This document shows positions 43,753 to 53,814 of a stretch of 64,000 nt of DNA, piece after piece. Origin of the DNA: a virus (taxonomy: Duplodnaviria; Caudoviricetes); IMG/VR virus record IMGVR_UViG_3300029267_004155; one strand, written 5' to 3'. A program made the translations under genes and the position numbers. Position 1 is the first letter of the stretch; the number at the start of each line of letters is the position of its first letter. The notes under the pieces are model-generated. The model made no database searches. It was not told the DNA's origin and saw only the letters and a list, made by a program, of their open reading frames with translations.

Positions 43753-45831
43753 ATGGAGAAGGCGATTGACGGCAAGAAGGTCCTGGTCACGGGCGGCTGG
43801 GGCTTCATCGGGAGCGAGTTCGTACGGATGCTGTCGGGGGATGGCACGGCGGAGATCGTGAACGTGGACTGGGACACCTACGCCGGCGACCGCCGGCGCC
43901 TGGACGGCCACGACTACCGTCACGTCACGGCCGACATCGCGGACGAGCGCCTGATGAGGTCGGTCTTCGAGGTCCACCGGCCGGACTACGTGGTCCACTT
44001 CGCGGCCGAGAGCCATGTCGACAGGTCCATCGAGGACTCGTCGGCCTTTGTCCGGACCAACGTGCTCGGGACGCAGGTGCTCCTGGAGTGCGCCAGGTCG
44101 TTCGGGGTCGAGCGGTTCCTTCAGGTCTCGTGCTATGACGACAAGACCAGGGCTTTGACGACCTCTGGATTGAAAGAGTATGACGAAATAGAAGAGGGTG
44201 ACGAGGTTATTTCGATCAATCCTTCGACTGGGGAGATTGAGACGAAGCCAGTAGACAAGGTGATCGTACAGGACTATGAGGGGGAGATGCTTTGTTTTTC
44301 AGGTCAGAGGGTTGATCTCTGTGTGACTCCCAATCATCGGATGTTCATCTTGAACCGTTCTAGGAATCTTGTTGTCGAGGAGGCCAGGAAGACGGCGATG
44401 AGAAGCCGTTTCTACTTTCCTACAGGGGAGTGGGTGGGGCGTGATCTGCCACATACGAGAGTGGAGGGTCTGGGTTTGGTGGACAGTCGTGACCTGATGT
44501 ATTTGATGGGCATTTTTCTTGGAGACGGATTTACCGCCTATCAGGAGAGGAATGTTCCGAACAAGAGTGGTTTGGCGAAGGAGGATTGGTTGAAGGAGGC
44601 AAGAGGTCGTGGTGGGAAGTTTGAGGATGTTGGGATGGTTGGGGAACATACCGAGTCTACGTGCAGAAGCTATCGAATCTTTATAGACATACCAGAGAGT
44701 GATGCGTGCCGCAAAAGGGTGGAGGAGACGCTGACCCGTCTGGGGATTGCTTGGCATGGGTATCGTGGTGCGTCGGGAGAGCATTTGTATTTCACCTCGA
44801 AGGAGTGGTGCCGGTTTTTTGATCGGAATTGCATGAGGGGGGCAAAGAACAAGAGAGTGCCCATGTGGGCGAAGGAATATGGGCCGGCCTATCTAAGATG
44901 TCTTCTGGAGGGCCTGGTCGATTCGGATGGCAGTAGGAAAGGAGACGGCTCTCTTCGGATTTTCTATTCAAGTTCGGTGTTTTTGGTTGATGCCGTGTGC
45001 GAGATTGCCCTCAAGATCGGATTGAAGCCGCAAAGGCGGTTCCGTCATATGAAGTCGGTGATTGATGGCAGGGTGGTTGAGGGTGATGGCTACTATGTGT
45101 TTTTGGCCAAGACCACGAAGTCGTTGACTGGGAGCCATGTGTCGACGATTGACTATTGTGGGAAGATATGGTGTTTGAAGGTACGCGACAATGCCAACTT
45201 TGTTGTCGAGAGGAACGGCAGATTCGACTATTGCGGGAACACTGACGAGGTCTACGGGGACATCGGGAAGGGGGCGAGGCCGTCCAGGGAGGACGACCGG
45301 CTCCTGCCGAGCTCGCCCTACTCCGCCTCCAAGGCGGCGGCGGACCTGCTGGCCCTGAGCTTCGTCCGGACGCACGGGCTGGACGTGGTCGTGACCAGGT
45401 GCTCCAACAACTACGGGCCCTGGCAGGACCCGGAGAAGCTGATCCCGCTGATGACGACGAGGGCCATCCGGGGCGAGAGGCTGCCGGTCTACGGCGACGG
45501 GACCAACGTCCGGGACTGGATACACGTCAACGACCATTGCCGGGGCATCATGGCGGCGCTCCTGAATGGTCGCGCGGGAAGGGTCTACAACTTCGGCGGG
45601 GACAGCGAGCTGGACAACCTGACGGTGGTGAGGACGATCCTGGCGAATTTGAACCTGGACGCCGGGCTGATGGAGTTCGTGGAGGATCGCAAGGGTCACG
45701 ACTTCAGGTACGCCATCGACTTCGGGAGGGCCACGGACGAGCTCGGATGGACGCCGGCGGTCCTGTTCGGGGTCGGGCTGTACGAGACCGTGAGGTGGTA
45801 CCAGAACAACGAGTGGTGGTGGAAGAGGTGA
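43753..45831 (+). CDS. rmlB: dTDP-glucose 4,6-dehydratase containing an intein
   Basis: VTGGWGFIGS, HFAAESHVDRSI, TNVLGT, QVS|TDEVYG, PSSPYSASKA, RCSNNYGP, GHDFRYAID. Confidence 0.92.
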   Translation: MEKAIDGKKVLVTGGWGFIGSEFVRMLSGDGTAEIVNVDWDTYAGDRRRLDGHDYRHVTADIADERLMRSVFEVHRPDYVVHFAAESHVDRSIEDSSAFVRTNVLGTQVLLECARSFGVERFLQVSCYDDKTRALTTSGLKEYDEIEEGDEVISINPSTGEIETKPVDKVIVQDYEGEMLCFSGQRVDLCVTPNHRMFILNRSRNLVVEEARKTAMRSRFYFPTGEWVGRDLPHTRVEGLGLVDSRDLMYLMGIFLGDGFTAYQERNVPNKSGLAKEDWLKEARGRGGKFEDVGMVGEHTESTCRSYRIFIDIPESDACRKRVEETLTRLGIAWHGYRGASGEHLYFTSKEWCRFFDRNCMRGAKNKRVPMWAKEYGPAYLRCLLEGLVDSDGSRKGDGSLRIFYSSSVFLVDAVCEIALKIGLKPQRRFRHMKSVIDGRVVEGDGYYVFLAKTTKSLTGSHVSTIDYCGKIWCLKVRDNANFVVERNGRFDYCGNTDEVYGDIGKGARPSREDDRLLPSSPYSASKAAADLLALSFVRTHGLDVVVTRCSNNYGPWQDPEKLIPLMTTRAIRGERLPVYGDGTNVRDWIHVNDHCRGIMAALLNGRAGRVYNFGGDSELDNLTVVRTILANLNLDAGLMEFVEDRKGHDFRYAIDFGRATDELGWTPAVLFGVGLYETVRWYQNNEWWWKR
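44131..45240 (+). mobile_element. Intein with LAGLIDADG homing endonuclease in rmlB (370 aa)
   Basis: Begins CYDDKTRALT, block B VTPNHRM, MGIFLGDG and LEGLVDSDG, ends NFVVERNGRFDYCGN followed by Thr; lower GC than the exteins. Confidence 0.92.
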
Positions 45832-45968
45832 CGAGGGGCGTGAAAATTCGACGAGGGGTTCGGAGAACGGCCTCTTCTCGCGTATGATTGATGGAGCGAG
45901 GAGGTCGCCGAGGGGTTTCGGGAATGGCCTTTCCTCGCGTGTGACTGCAAAGCGAGGAGGGCGACGAG

Positions 45969-46352
45969 ATGGCGTTCGAGAAGTTCGCGGGGGGCAGGCG
46001 ACGCGTAGACGAGCCAATGGCGGTGATCTATGCCAATGGCAAGATCGGCTTCAACACGGCGGCGTGCGTCCGCTTCCGCATCAGGGAGTTCTCGCACGCC
46101 GTCTTCTACTTCGACAGGGAGCGCTCCAGGGTCGGCGTCGACTTCGTGAACCACCCGGACGAGGGCGCCGTCAGGATCGCCAGCCCGAAGGACAACCGGG
46201 CGGCCTGCGTGAGCGCCAGGAACTTCCTGGCCTTCTGCGGCGTTCCGCTGAAACTCGCCCATTGCCCGCTCCGGAAGCGTGCCCGTGACCGTTTCCCGAC
46301 TTTCAAGGTCAAGAGGAGCCGGGGGCGCCCGTCGAGCCGTCAGGCGGAGTGA
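45969..46352 (+). CDS. Hypothetical protein
   Basis: RBS GAGGAGG; GCGTATGAT upstream at 45880. Confidence 0.65.
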   Translation: MAFEKFAGGRRRVDEPMAVIYANGKIGFNTAACVRFRIREFSHAVFYFDRERSRVGVDFVNHPDEGAVRIASPKDNRAACVSARNFLAFCGVPLKLAHCPLRKRARDRFPTFKVKRSRGRPSSRQAE

Positions 46353-46396
46353 CGGGTCCCTTCCTGGTGTTTTTTCAGCTTTTTTCTCCGGTCCGC

Positions 46397-46426
46397 GTGG
46401 AAAACCGCCCTCTTTTGGCAATATGG
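46397..46426 (+). promoter_or_regulatory. Conserved 30-bp promoter motif, copy 3
   Basis: GTGGAAAACCGCCCTCTTTTGGCAATATGG preceded by T-tracts. Confidence 0.8.
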
Positions 46427-46459
46427 AGGTGGAGACGCGGTCGACAAAGGAGAATCGAG

Positions 46460-47254
46460 ATGAACTACGAGATCAGGAACGTCAAGAGCCTCAGGGGCCT
46501 TGAGGGTAGAGGCTTCAACGCCACCCTCTATCGCGACGGCAAGCGCGTGGCCACGGTCGACGACTCGGCCAACGGCGGCTGCTACGACTACCACTGGCTC
46601 GACTACGCCGAGACTCGCGTCGAGGTGGACATAGTCAACCACGAGGATAAGCCGTGGACGCTCCGGTGCACGCCGGAGGAGGCCCTCTTCGTGAATCACG
46701 TCCGGTCGGTGACCGACGAAAAGTTCGAGCCTGAGGACAAGTTCGTCTGCGCCTTGGTGGACGCCTGCGAGACGGCGAAGTGGCTCAAGCGGAGCTGCCG
46801 GACGAAGACCGTGTTCAACCTGAAGGACGACGAGAAGGGCCAGTACCACACGATCAACGAGGCGTTCTCGCCCGACATGAAGGACTGGCTCGTCAAGAAG
46901 CACGGCGACAAGCTGGCGGGGATCGTCAACGAGACCCTCGCCGCTCCGAAGGCCGCTCCGAAGGCCGCTCCGAAGAGGACCAGGAAGGCTGCCCCGAAGG
47001 CTGCTCCGAAGGCTGCCTCGAAGGCTGCTGGCGCGGGCATGTCCATCCTCGACGCGGCGTGCGTGGTGCTGGCGGAAGCTTCCTCGGGCGGGCTGCACTA
47101 CAGTGAGATCGCCGACCGGGCCATCGCCAGTGGCGTCTACAAGACCACCGCGAGCAATCCCGCCAACTCCCTCAGGGACGCCATCGCCAAGGCCATGCGC
47201 AAGGGCGACGGGCGTTTCGAGCGGGCTGGCGGCGGCTGCTTCCGGATGGCGTGA
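46460..47254 (+). CDS. Protein with KAAP-repeat linker and C-terminal HARE-HTH winged helix
   Basis: AAPKAAPKAAPK...KAAPKAAPKAASK, then MSILDAACVVL....GLHYSEI...AI..G.......P..SL...I......GDGRFER.G.G.F. Confidence 0.7.
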   Translation: MNYEIRNVKSLRGLEGRGFNATLYRDGKRVATVDDSANGGCYDYHWLDYAETRVEVDIVNHEDKPWTLRCTPEEALFVNHVRSVTDEKFEPEDKFVCALVDACETAKWLKRSCRTKTVFNLKDDEKGQYHTINEAFSPDMKDWLVKKHGDKLAGIVNETLAAPKAAPKAAPKRTRKAAPKAAPKAASKAAGAGMSILDAACVVLAEASSGGLHYSEIADRAIASGVYKTTASNPANSLRDAIAKAMRKGDGRFERAGGGCFRMA

Positions 47255-47744
47255 GGAGGAACGAATGAGGACGAGAGCGAACATGGTGCAGGTGTCGGAC
47301 GCGATCAGGTGGGACCTGACGCTGCTCTACCACAGCCCTGGGCGGAAGGACGTGATGGGGACGCTGGCCACCAACATGAAGGTGTTCGCCGGCGCCCTGG
47401 ACGAGGAGCGCGCGGGGCGCCGGGACTTCGTCGGGGGTCGCCCCACCGAGCACATCGACACCATCCTGAAGGGGGACGACATATGAGGATGCTTCACGTG
47501 ATCGTTCCGGAAACCGACGTGTGGGCCGACGTGGGAAACATCCGTCCCGAGCCTGGCAGTCGGAGGATCGTGACGCCAATCGTGACTGAAGAGCCAGATG
47601 TCGGCGTGAGTCTCTATGAGGCGGGCGAGCATGCGGTTGTTGACGACAAGAGGAAGGCGGAGCTTGACGAGAGTGGCGTGCGGTACAGCGTGAGAAGCTC
47701 GGTCTCGGTGGATAGTCTCGTGGCTTTCATCAGGGAGATGAAGC

Positions 47745-48176
47745 ATGGAAAGGCATGAGTTCGAGAGAGCCGTAAAGGGTGTCGCGGAGGAGATGCTGAG
47801 CCGGGACGGCGAGTTGATGCCGGCCATCTACGCGGTTCCCCACGGGGCTCCTCCGGGAGAGGTGGCGGTGATTCAGGTCCCCACGGCCGACGAGGCTCAG
47901 AAGGAGATGCTGGCGGAGGCGATCTGCGAGCTCCGGGCGGCGATGGTGCTGTTCGCCTTCGTCTCGGAGGCGTGGGCGTCGGAGCAGGACGAGATGGCCC
48001 CGGAGGACGATCCCGAGCGCGAGGAGGTCGTGCTGGCCAACTTCTACCATGGGCTCGAGGCCAGCTCCGAGATGGCGTCGATACTGCGCCACGGCTCGGG
48101 CGCGACCCTGGGGCCGTGGACGGAGATCGAGGGGCTGGCCGGGCGCTTCCACAGGGGCGTCCCTAGTTTCAACTAG
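47745..48176 (+). CDS. Hypothetical protein
   Basis: FVSEAW...PEDDPEREE phage-type conserved motif. Confidence 0.65.
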   Translation: MERHEFERAVKGVAEEMLSRDGELMPAIYAVPHGAPPGEVAVIQVPTADEAQKEMLAEAICELRAAMVLFAFVSEAWASEQDEMAPEDDPEREEVVLANFYHGLEASSEMASILRHGSGATLGPWTEIEGLAGRFHRGVPSFN

Positions 48177-48186
48177 GAGACCTGAC

Positions 48187-48588
48187 ATGACTGAGTTCTA
48201 CAAGTTCAAGCAGGGTGACAAGATCAGGTTGCTGGGCAAGCCGTCGCCGTTCGTCCGGCACGTGAGTCCCGGGGAGGCGCAGGCGTTGGCCTGCACGCGG
48301 CCGTGTCCGATCTGCGAGGCGATGCCCGAGATCAAGATGTACTACCTGGTCCGGTTCAGGAAGGACGTGTGGCGGCGCCCGGTGGTGGCCTCGGGCGAAG
48401 CCGTGGCCGACGGCGTGACGAACGACGTGCTCGTCCACCTGAAGGGCGACAGGAGGATCGTGACGGACCTCTACAGGGCCGACCTGGACGAGATGGGGGC
48501 CGAGTACGAGGTCCTCGGCAGCGCGACGAAAGAGGAGCACAGGGCCATCGTGATTGCGGAGGCCAAGAGGCGAGGACTGGAGGTCTGA
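48187..48588 (+). CDS. Hypothetical protein
   Basis: RBS AGGAG; CPIC motif. Confidence 0.6.
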   Translation: MTEFYKFKQGDKIRLLGKPSPFVRHVSPGEAQALACTRPCPICEAMPEIKMYYLVRFRKDVWRRPVVASGEAVADGVTNDVLVHLKGDRRIVTDLYRADLDEMGAEYEVLGSATKEEHRAIVIAEAKRRGLEV

Positions 48589-49756
48589 CATGGACAAGCG
48601 CGAGTGCAAGTGCGGCGAGGTCATGAGTCGGGTGGCCCATGAGAAGGATTACGGCGACACGGTTGCCAGGGTCTTCTGGTGCCCGGACTGCGGGCGGCTT
48701 CTGAGGGTCGATTTCGGGCCGGTGAGCCGCCAGGGTTCCGACTCCGAGGCCAAGGAGACCTGGCAGAGGCCGCTGGTGACGGAGGACGTCTGATGGACAA
48801 GATCCACAAGGGCCAGAAGGAGCGCAGGGGCGATCCGTGCGAGAGGTGCGGGAGCATTCAGAACCCGACCAAGAAGGAGAGCTTCGTCCCGTGCCACGTC
48901 TGCAAGCGCGCCGTGCCTCTTGACGACGCGGCGCTCGTCGAGGGCCGCGTGGTCTGCCCGCGGCATTCCGGTGGCGATGCCGGCGTCCGGCCCGGGACGA
49001 CCCTGGAGCCCGGCGTCTACAAGTACGTGCGGATGAGGAGCGGGCGCGTCGTCTTCGGGGACATCGAGAGAACGAGCCACAGGCAGATGGTCCGCGACGC
49101 CGGCGGGAGTCCCTTGTCCGCCGGTGCCATCGTGGTCCTCGACGACCATGTGAAGATCATCGGCCTCGGGTCTACGGGTCTGGGGCTGCGGTCGGCACCT
49201 GACGACCTGGACGTTCTGGCGGTCACGCTGGGGATGCCCAAGATGGAGGCGACATGAAGCTGAGCATAGTGGTAATCTGCCTGGACGGGGAGCCGAAGGA
49301 GCGGAAGTACGTCCAGGTGACGCGTCGTCGGTTCGAGACCGAGGCCGACGCCTTGGGGTACGCCGACGGGATCGCCTTGGATCGGCATCCGATGGTGGTG
49401 ACGGTTCCGGCCGTGGAGTGCGACGATGATCGCTATCCGATCTGGGACGGGGATGGTCGAGTTCTTGATGTGGGGTCGTGCTTTGGGCATTTCTATGCCT
49501 TGTCCACTGCGTGCTCTAATTGTCGGATGAGCGAGGAGTGCATTCGGAGGACGAGGAAGGGTGCCTAGGTGGTTCCGGCCGGCGAGACGTGGATGGTGGA
49601 GAACGTGGTCACGCGCGAGCGTCGTGATATGACGGGTCCGAGCAGCATCGGGACCGGCTGGGTGAGGCGTCGGGTCGTCCGAGGCGACGCGGGCTCGCAT
49701 GGGATCAAGCCTCTCGGGGCCGTTATTGAGAGAACGGCGTCGAAAGGAGGTCCGTG

Positions 49757-50290
49757 ATGAAGAGGGTTGTGTTGGTCGAGGTCGAGGATGTGAATTCAGG
49801 TATGGCGTTTCGTGTCGAGGTTGACGGCGAACACGTCGCTGACGTGGGGAGGTCTCTTTCCTCCGTCGGGGAGTACGGCTTCTGGCCGCTCGACGCCTAC
49901 AAGGACCGTTTCCCGTATTGGGAGAGGCCGAGGGGCGGTTCCGTCTGGAGCTTCATCCTCCTGGTCACCGAGGAGTTCGGCGGCTACTACGTCGAGAAGG
50001 GCGGCAAGGTCTCCCTGGACTGCACGGGTGAGGGCGTCGGCTTCATAGTGGTGAACGACGATGGCACGTGGGCCAAGCAGCAGCTCGGCGCGAGCTATCC
50101 GCAGGAGAGTCCCTACCACGCGACGGTGTGGGAGACCGAGGAGGTCGCTCGGGAGCACGTCGACCGGTTCGGCGGTACGGTCAGGGCCTTGATGGACGAG
50201 CCCAAGCTGGCTGCCCACCAGGAGACCCTGAGGAAGCATTGGAAGGATCGCCGGGAGGCGCGCGCGTCCAGGCGGAAAGAGAAGGAGTGA
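49757..50290 (+). CDS. Hypothetical protein
   Basis: RBS AAGGAGG. Confidence 0.6.
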   Translation: MKRVVLVEVEDVNSGMAFRVEVDGEHVADVGRSLSSVGEYGFWPLDAYKDRFPYWERPRGGSVWSFILLVTEEFGGYYVEKGGKVSLDCTGEGVGFIVVNDDGTWAKQQLGASYPQESPYHATVWETEEVAREHVDRFGGTVRALMDEPKLAAHQETLRKHWKDRREARASRRKEKE

Positions 50291-50294
50291 CGTC

Positions 50295-50816
50295 ATGGCA
50301 ACGCTGGTCATCATGCGGGGAATTCCGGGCTCGGGCAAGACGAGCTGGGCGAAGGCGGTCTATCCGGACGCCGTCCACTGCTGCAACGACGACTTCCACA
50401 TGGCCCTCTTGGACAGCGGCATTCGCGAGTACCGATTCGACATCAAGAGGCAGTCCGAGGCTGTGTCGGCGTGCATGGCCAAGGTCTTGTCGGCGATGCT
50501 GCTGGACGCCACCGGCCCCGGGGCCTCCGTGGAGGTCTTCGGGGACGTGCGCAGGACCATCGTGGTCGCGAACACGCACGTCAAGCGGTGGATGTACGAG
50601 AACTACGTCAAGATCGGGATGCTGATGGGATACGTGGTCAGGATCGTCGAGATGTGGTGCAAGGACCTGGACGACGTCCGGCTCTGCCTGGAGCGAGGGA
50701 CGCACGGAGTCCCGCTCGACGTCGTGGCGAGGATGGCCGTGGAGATGGAGGACGACCCGAGGGCCGAGAGGGTCTTCGTGGACGAGCCTTTGCCGAACAG
50801 GGGGGGGATGACATGA
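50295..50816 (+). CDS. P-loop kinase (AAA_33/polynucleotide-kinase-like)
   Basis: LVIMRGIPGSGKTSWAK, DDF, IVVANT, R.THGVP..VV.RM. Confidence 0.8.
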   Translation: MATLVIMRGIPGSGKTSWAKAVYPDAVHCCNDDFHMALLDSGIREYRFDIKRQSEAVSACMAKVLSAMLLDATGPGASVEVFGDVRRTIVVANTHVKRWMYENYVKIGMLMGYVVRIVEMWCKDLDDVRLCLERGTHGVPLDVVARMAVEMEDDPRAERVFVDEPLPNRGGMT

Positions 50817-51715
50817 AGATCGCCTACGTGGACAGGAGGTTTATGGGGCCGGCGCTGGACGTCGTCGATCAGGCCAACGACATCATCGACGAGTATGTCG
50901 GGCAGGGATACGACCTGACGTTGCGCCAGTTGTTCTATCAGTTCGTGGCCCGGGCGCTGCTGCCGAACACCGAGAGGTCGTACAAGCGCCTCCAGTCGAT
51001 CGTGAGCGACGCCAGGATGGCGGGGCTGATCGACTGGGGGGTCATCAAGGACAGGACCAGGACGCTCCGGAGCCTGCCGCACTGGGACGGGCCGAGGGAG
51101 ATCATGTCGTCGGTGGTCTCGCAGTTCCGGATCGACAAGTGGGCCCGCCAGGAGGTGGCCCTGGAGGTGTGGATCGAGAAGCAGGCCCTTGTCGGCGTGA
51201 TTGACGGGGTGTGCGACCAGCACCAGGTCCCCTACTTCGCCTGCCGCGGCTACGTCTCCCAGAGCTTCATGCACGAGGCGGCGGAGCGCATGGCGCGTCG
51301 CGTCCAGGCAGGAAGGGCGCCGATCGTCCTGCACCTGGGGGACCACGACCCCTCGGGGATCGACATGACGAGGGACATCGAGGAGAGGCTGAGCCTGTTC
51401 GTGGACGGCCCCGTCGAGGTCCGGCGCCTGGCGCTGAACATGGACCAGGTGAGGCTCCACGGGCCGCCCCCGAACCCGGCCAAGCTGTCGGACGTGCGGG
51501 CCGGGGTCGACAGGCAGGGGAACGTGACGCCGGGGTCCTACGTGGACCTTCACGGCTACGAGTCGTGGGAGCTGGACTCGCTCCCGCCGCAGGTGATCTC
51601 GGACCTGGTGGGGCAGGAGATCGAGGGCCTCCGGGACGACGGCCTGTGGGACGACGCCCTGGAGGAGGAGGAGAGTGGCCGCGCCAAGCTGGCGACGGCC
51701 ATGGCGAACATGTGA
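50813..51715 (+). CDS. Toprim-domain protein (Topo VI-A/Spo11-like)
   Basis: LTLRQLFYQFV, EVWIEK.AL, RGY.S, LHLGDHDPSG.DM, SWELD.L. Confidence 0.75.
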   Translation: MKIAYVDRRFMGPALDVVDQANDIIDEYVGQGYDLTLRQLFYQFVARALLPNTERSYKRLQSIVSDARMAGLIDWGVIKDRTRTLRSLPHWDGPREIMSSVVSQFRIDKWARQEVALEVWIEKQALVGVIDGVCDQHQVPYFACRGYVSQSFMHEAAERMARRVQAGRAPIVLHLGDHDPSGIDMTRDIEERLSLFVDGPVEVRRLALNMDQVRLHGPPPNPAKLSDVRAGVDRQGNVTPGSYVDLHGYESWELDSLPPQVISDLVGQEIEGLRDDGLWDDALEEEESGRAKLATAMANM

Positions 51716-51726
51716 GGAGAAGGATC

Positions 51727-52476
51727 ATGAGCAGGGACGGTTTCGCGAACGTGATAGCCGACATGCGGCAGCAGGAATACCCCGACTGGAGGACGTACGA
51801 GGCGCTCTACCAGCGCTACCAGGAGAGGCCGGTCGGGGACCTGGTCGACGTGGCCGGGGACGTCCGGGGGAAGCGCGTCCTGGACCTCTGCGGGGGCTCC
51901 GGGCGGCTGGCCGAGGAGTGCGTCGGGCGCGGGGCGGCCGACGTCCTCCTGGTGGACGAGAGCCGCCGGATGACCGGGCGCCTCAGGCGCAAGCGGGGCA
52001 TCCGGCTCTTCCCCGGGAGGGTCCAGGAGATGCTCGCCGTCGCGGCGCCCCTCTACCGGGACGCGCCGAGGCTGGGGCCCGACTTCGTCTTCTGCCGGCA
52101 GGCGGTGAACTACTGGATTGACACCGCCGCGGCCAAGGCGCTCGCGGGCCTGATGCCGGCGGCGTCCGTCTTCGTCTTCAACACCTTCAACACGAAGCCC
52201 AAGGAGGAGCCGCACGCGACGTCATACTTCGTTGGCCAGGACCTCTGCACCGAGATCGGCTACCGGGTCGGCGACGTGGTCCACCACGTCCAGTGCCGGG
52301 AGGGCTACCGCCCGCACGTGACGAGCTTCCTCTGGATCAGCCCGAAGGAGTTCCGGGAGATGCTGAGCCCGTGCTTCGAGGCGGAGGAGGTCAGGCATGG
52401 CCGCACGAGCATCTGGCGGTGCGTGAGAAGGGCGACCGACGAGGTGGTCCGGAGCAAGGGGGTCGTGGGGCCATGA
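51727..52476 (+). CDS. Class I SAM-dependent methyltransferase
   Basis: VLDLCGGSGRL...VLLVDES..M; DFVFC.QAVNY. Confidence 0.75.
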   Translation: MSRDGFANVIADMRQQEYPDWRTYEALYQRYQERPVGDLVDVAGDVRGKRVLDLCGGSGRLAEECVGRGAADVLLVDESRRMTGRLRRKRGIRLFPGRVQEMLAVAAPLYRDAPRLGPDFVFCRQAVNYWIDTAAAKALAGLMPAASVFVFNTFNTKPKEEPHATSYFVGQDLCTEIGYRVGDVVHHVQCREGYRPHVTSFLWISPKEFREMLSPCFEAEEVRHGRTSIWRCVRRATDEVVRSKGVVGP

Positions 52477-52701
52477 GGAGCGTCCTTCTGCTGGTGGGCG
52501 TGTATGCGATGGTCCCCGGGTTGGTGACCTTGATCTGCCATGTGGTGGACGTCCGCAGGCTCTTGTGCCCGAGGTGCCCAGGCTGCGGGGAGCGGATGAG
52601 AACGGTTCGGCGTGGGGGCAGGACCCGCTTCTGGTGCGGCAACGACAAGTGCCCGGAATACGAGTTCAGGCAGAAAACTTCAGCTTTTTTCTCCGGTCCG
52701 C

Positions 52702-52731
52702 GTGGAAAACCGCCCGTTTTTGGCAATATGG
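52702..52731 (+). promoter_or_regulatory. Conserved 30-bp promoter motif, copy 4
   Basis: GTGGAAAACCGCCCGTTTTTGGCAATATGG; about 55 bp near-identical to 46375-46430. Confidence 0.8.
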
Positions 52732-53814
52732 AGGTAAGCAAAGGAGATCACGATGAGGACCAAGAAACAGAGTCAGGCGATTGACAAGCGGCGCGCCCGG
52801 CGCGCCGAGAAGGGCTCCGAGGCCAAGCGCGAGAGGATGCTCGGCCGGGTCACCCGTCGGAAGCAGGGCCGTGGCATCACGGTCAAGAAGTAGGAAGCGA
52901 CATGAAGAACGATTCGGGATTGACTGAGCAGGAGATCGAGGAGATCATGGCTCGGGGCGCGCGGATTGTGCGGCGAGCGAGGCTAGGGAGTAGGAGGCGA
53001 CATGAGGAACTACCCCGGACTGACCGAGCGGGAGACGGACGAGATCGTGGCCAGGGGCCCGCGGTGCGGCAAGTGCGAGGCGTGCAGGCTGATCGAGGAC
53101 TCGAAGGCCCTCTACGCGCCGAGCCCGCCGTTCAGCCACGCCAACGACGCGACCGTGAGCGGCTGGAACCGGCTGCTGTTCGACAACCCGTGCGAGGTGG
53201 GCCAGTGAACATCGTGGAGCGTCAGATCGGGGCCGTCGGGCTGGACAGGGACGGTTCGTACTGGAAGGCCCTGTTCGGAGAGGGCTACGCCGTTCACGCG
53301 GCGGAACGGAGCAAGGGCGGCGAGGAGGTGGTCCTATGGAGCGACGAGCACGGCTACTCGGTGACGCACCGGGGCCGTGGCGGCCATGGGACGAGCGGGA
53401 CCTTCCCGTCGATCGTGCAGGCGGCGGAGTACATGGCCGAGATGCTGGAAATGCTGTGAGGCGACGACATGACGGAGCTGGTGACATGAGGTACAGGTTG
53501 TCATACGAGGTCGAGGCCGACAGCGAGGCTCTCGCCTACGATGTCGCGGCGGACAACGTGGGCTGCTTCGACATCGAGGTCGTCAAGGAGGACTCTGGCG
53601 GCGAGCGGCTGATCTCGGAGATCGCGGCGAAGGCGCTGTTCGGCCCCTCCTGGGGGCTGTTGGAGCGCGACGCCATGTGCAACCGGGACCTGGCGACCTT
53701 CTGCCTTCTCGGCGTGGCGCCGGGGGCCGAGGGGCCGAAGCTGCTGGATAAGGCCAAGGAGAACGAGGCGGTTCTGATGATGGTGATCGACGAAAAGAAC
53801 GGAGAGAAGTGACC

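Noticed and set aside
50813-51715. Wadjet (JetD) or topoisomerase VI system
   Set aside because: No SMC/JetABC or Topo VI-B partner nearby; a stand-alone Toprim protein.
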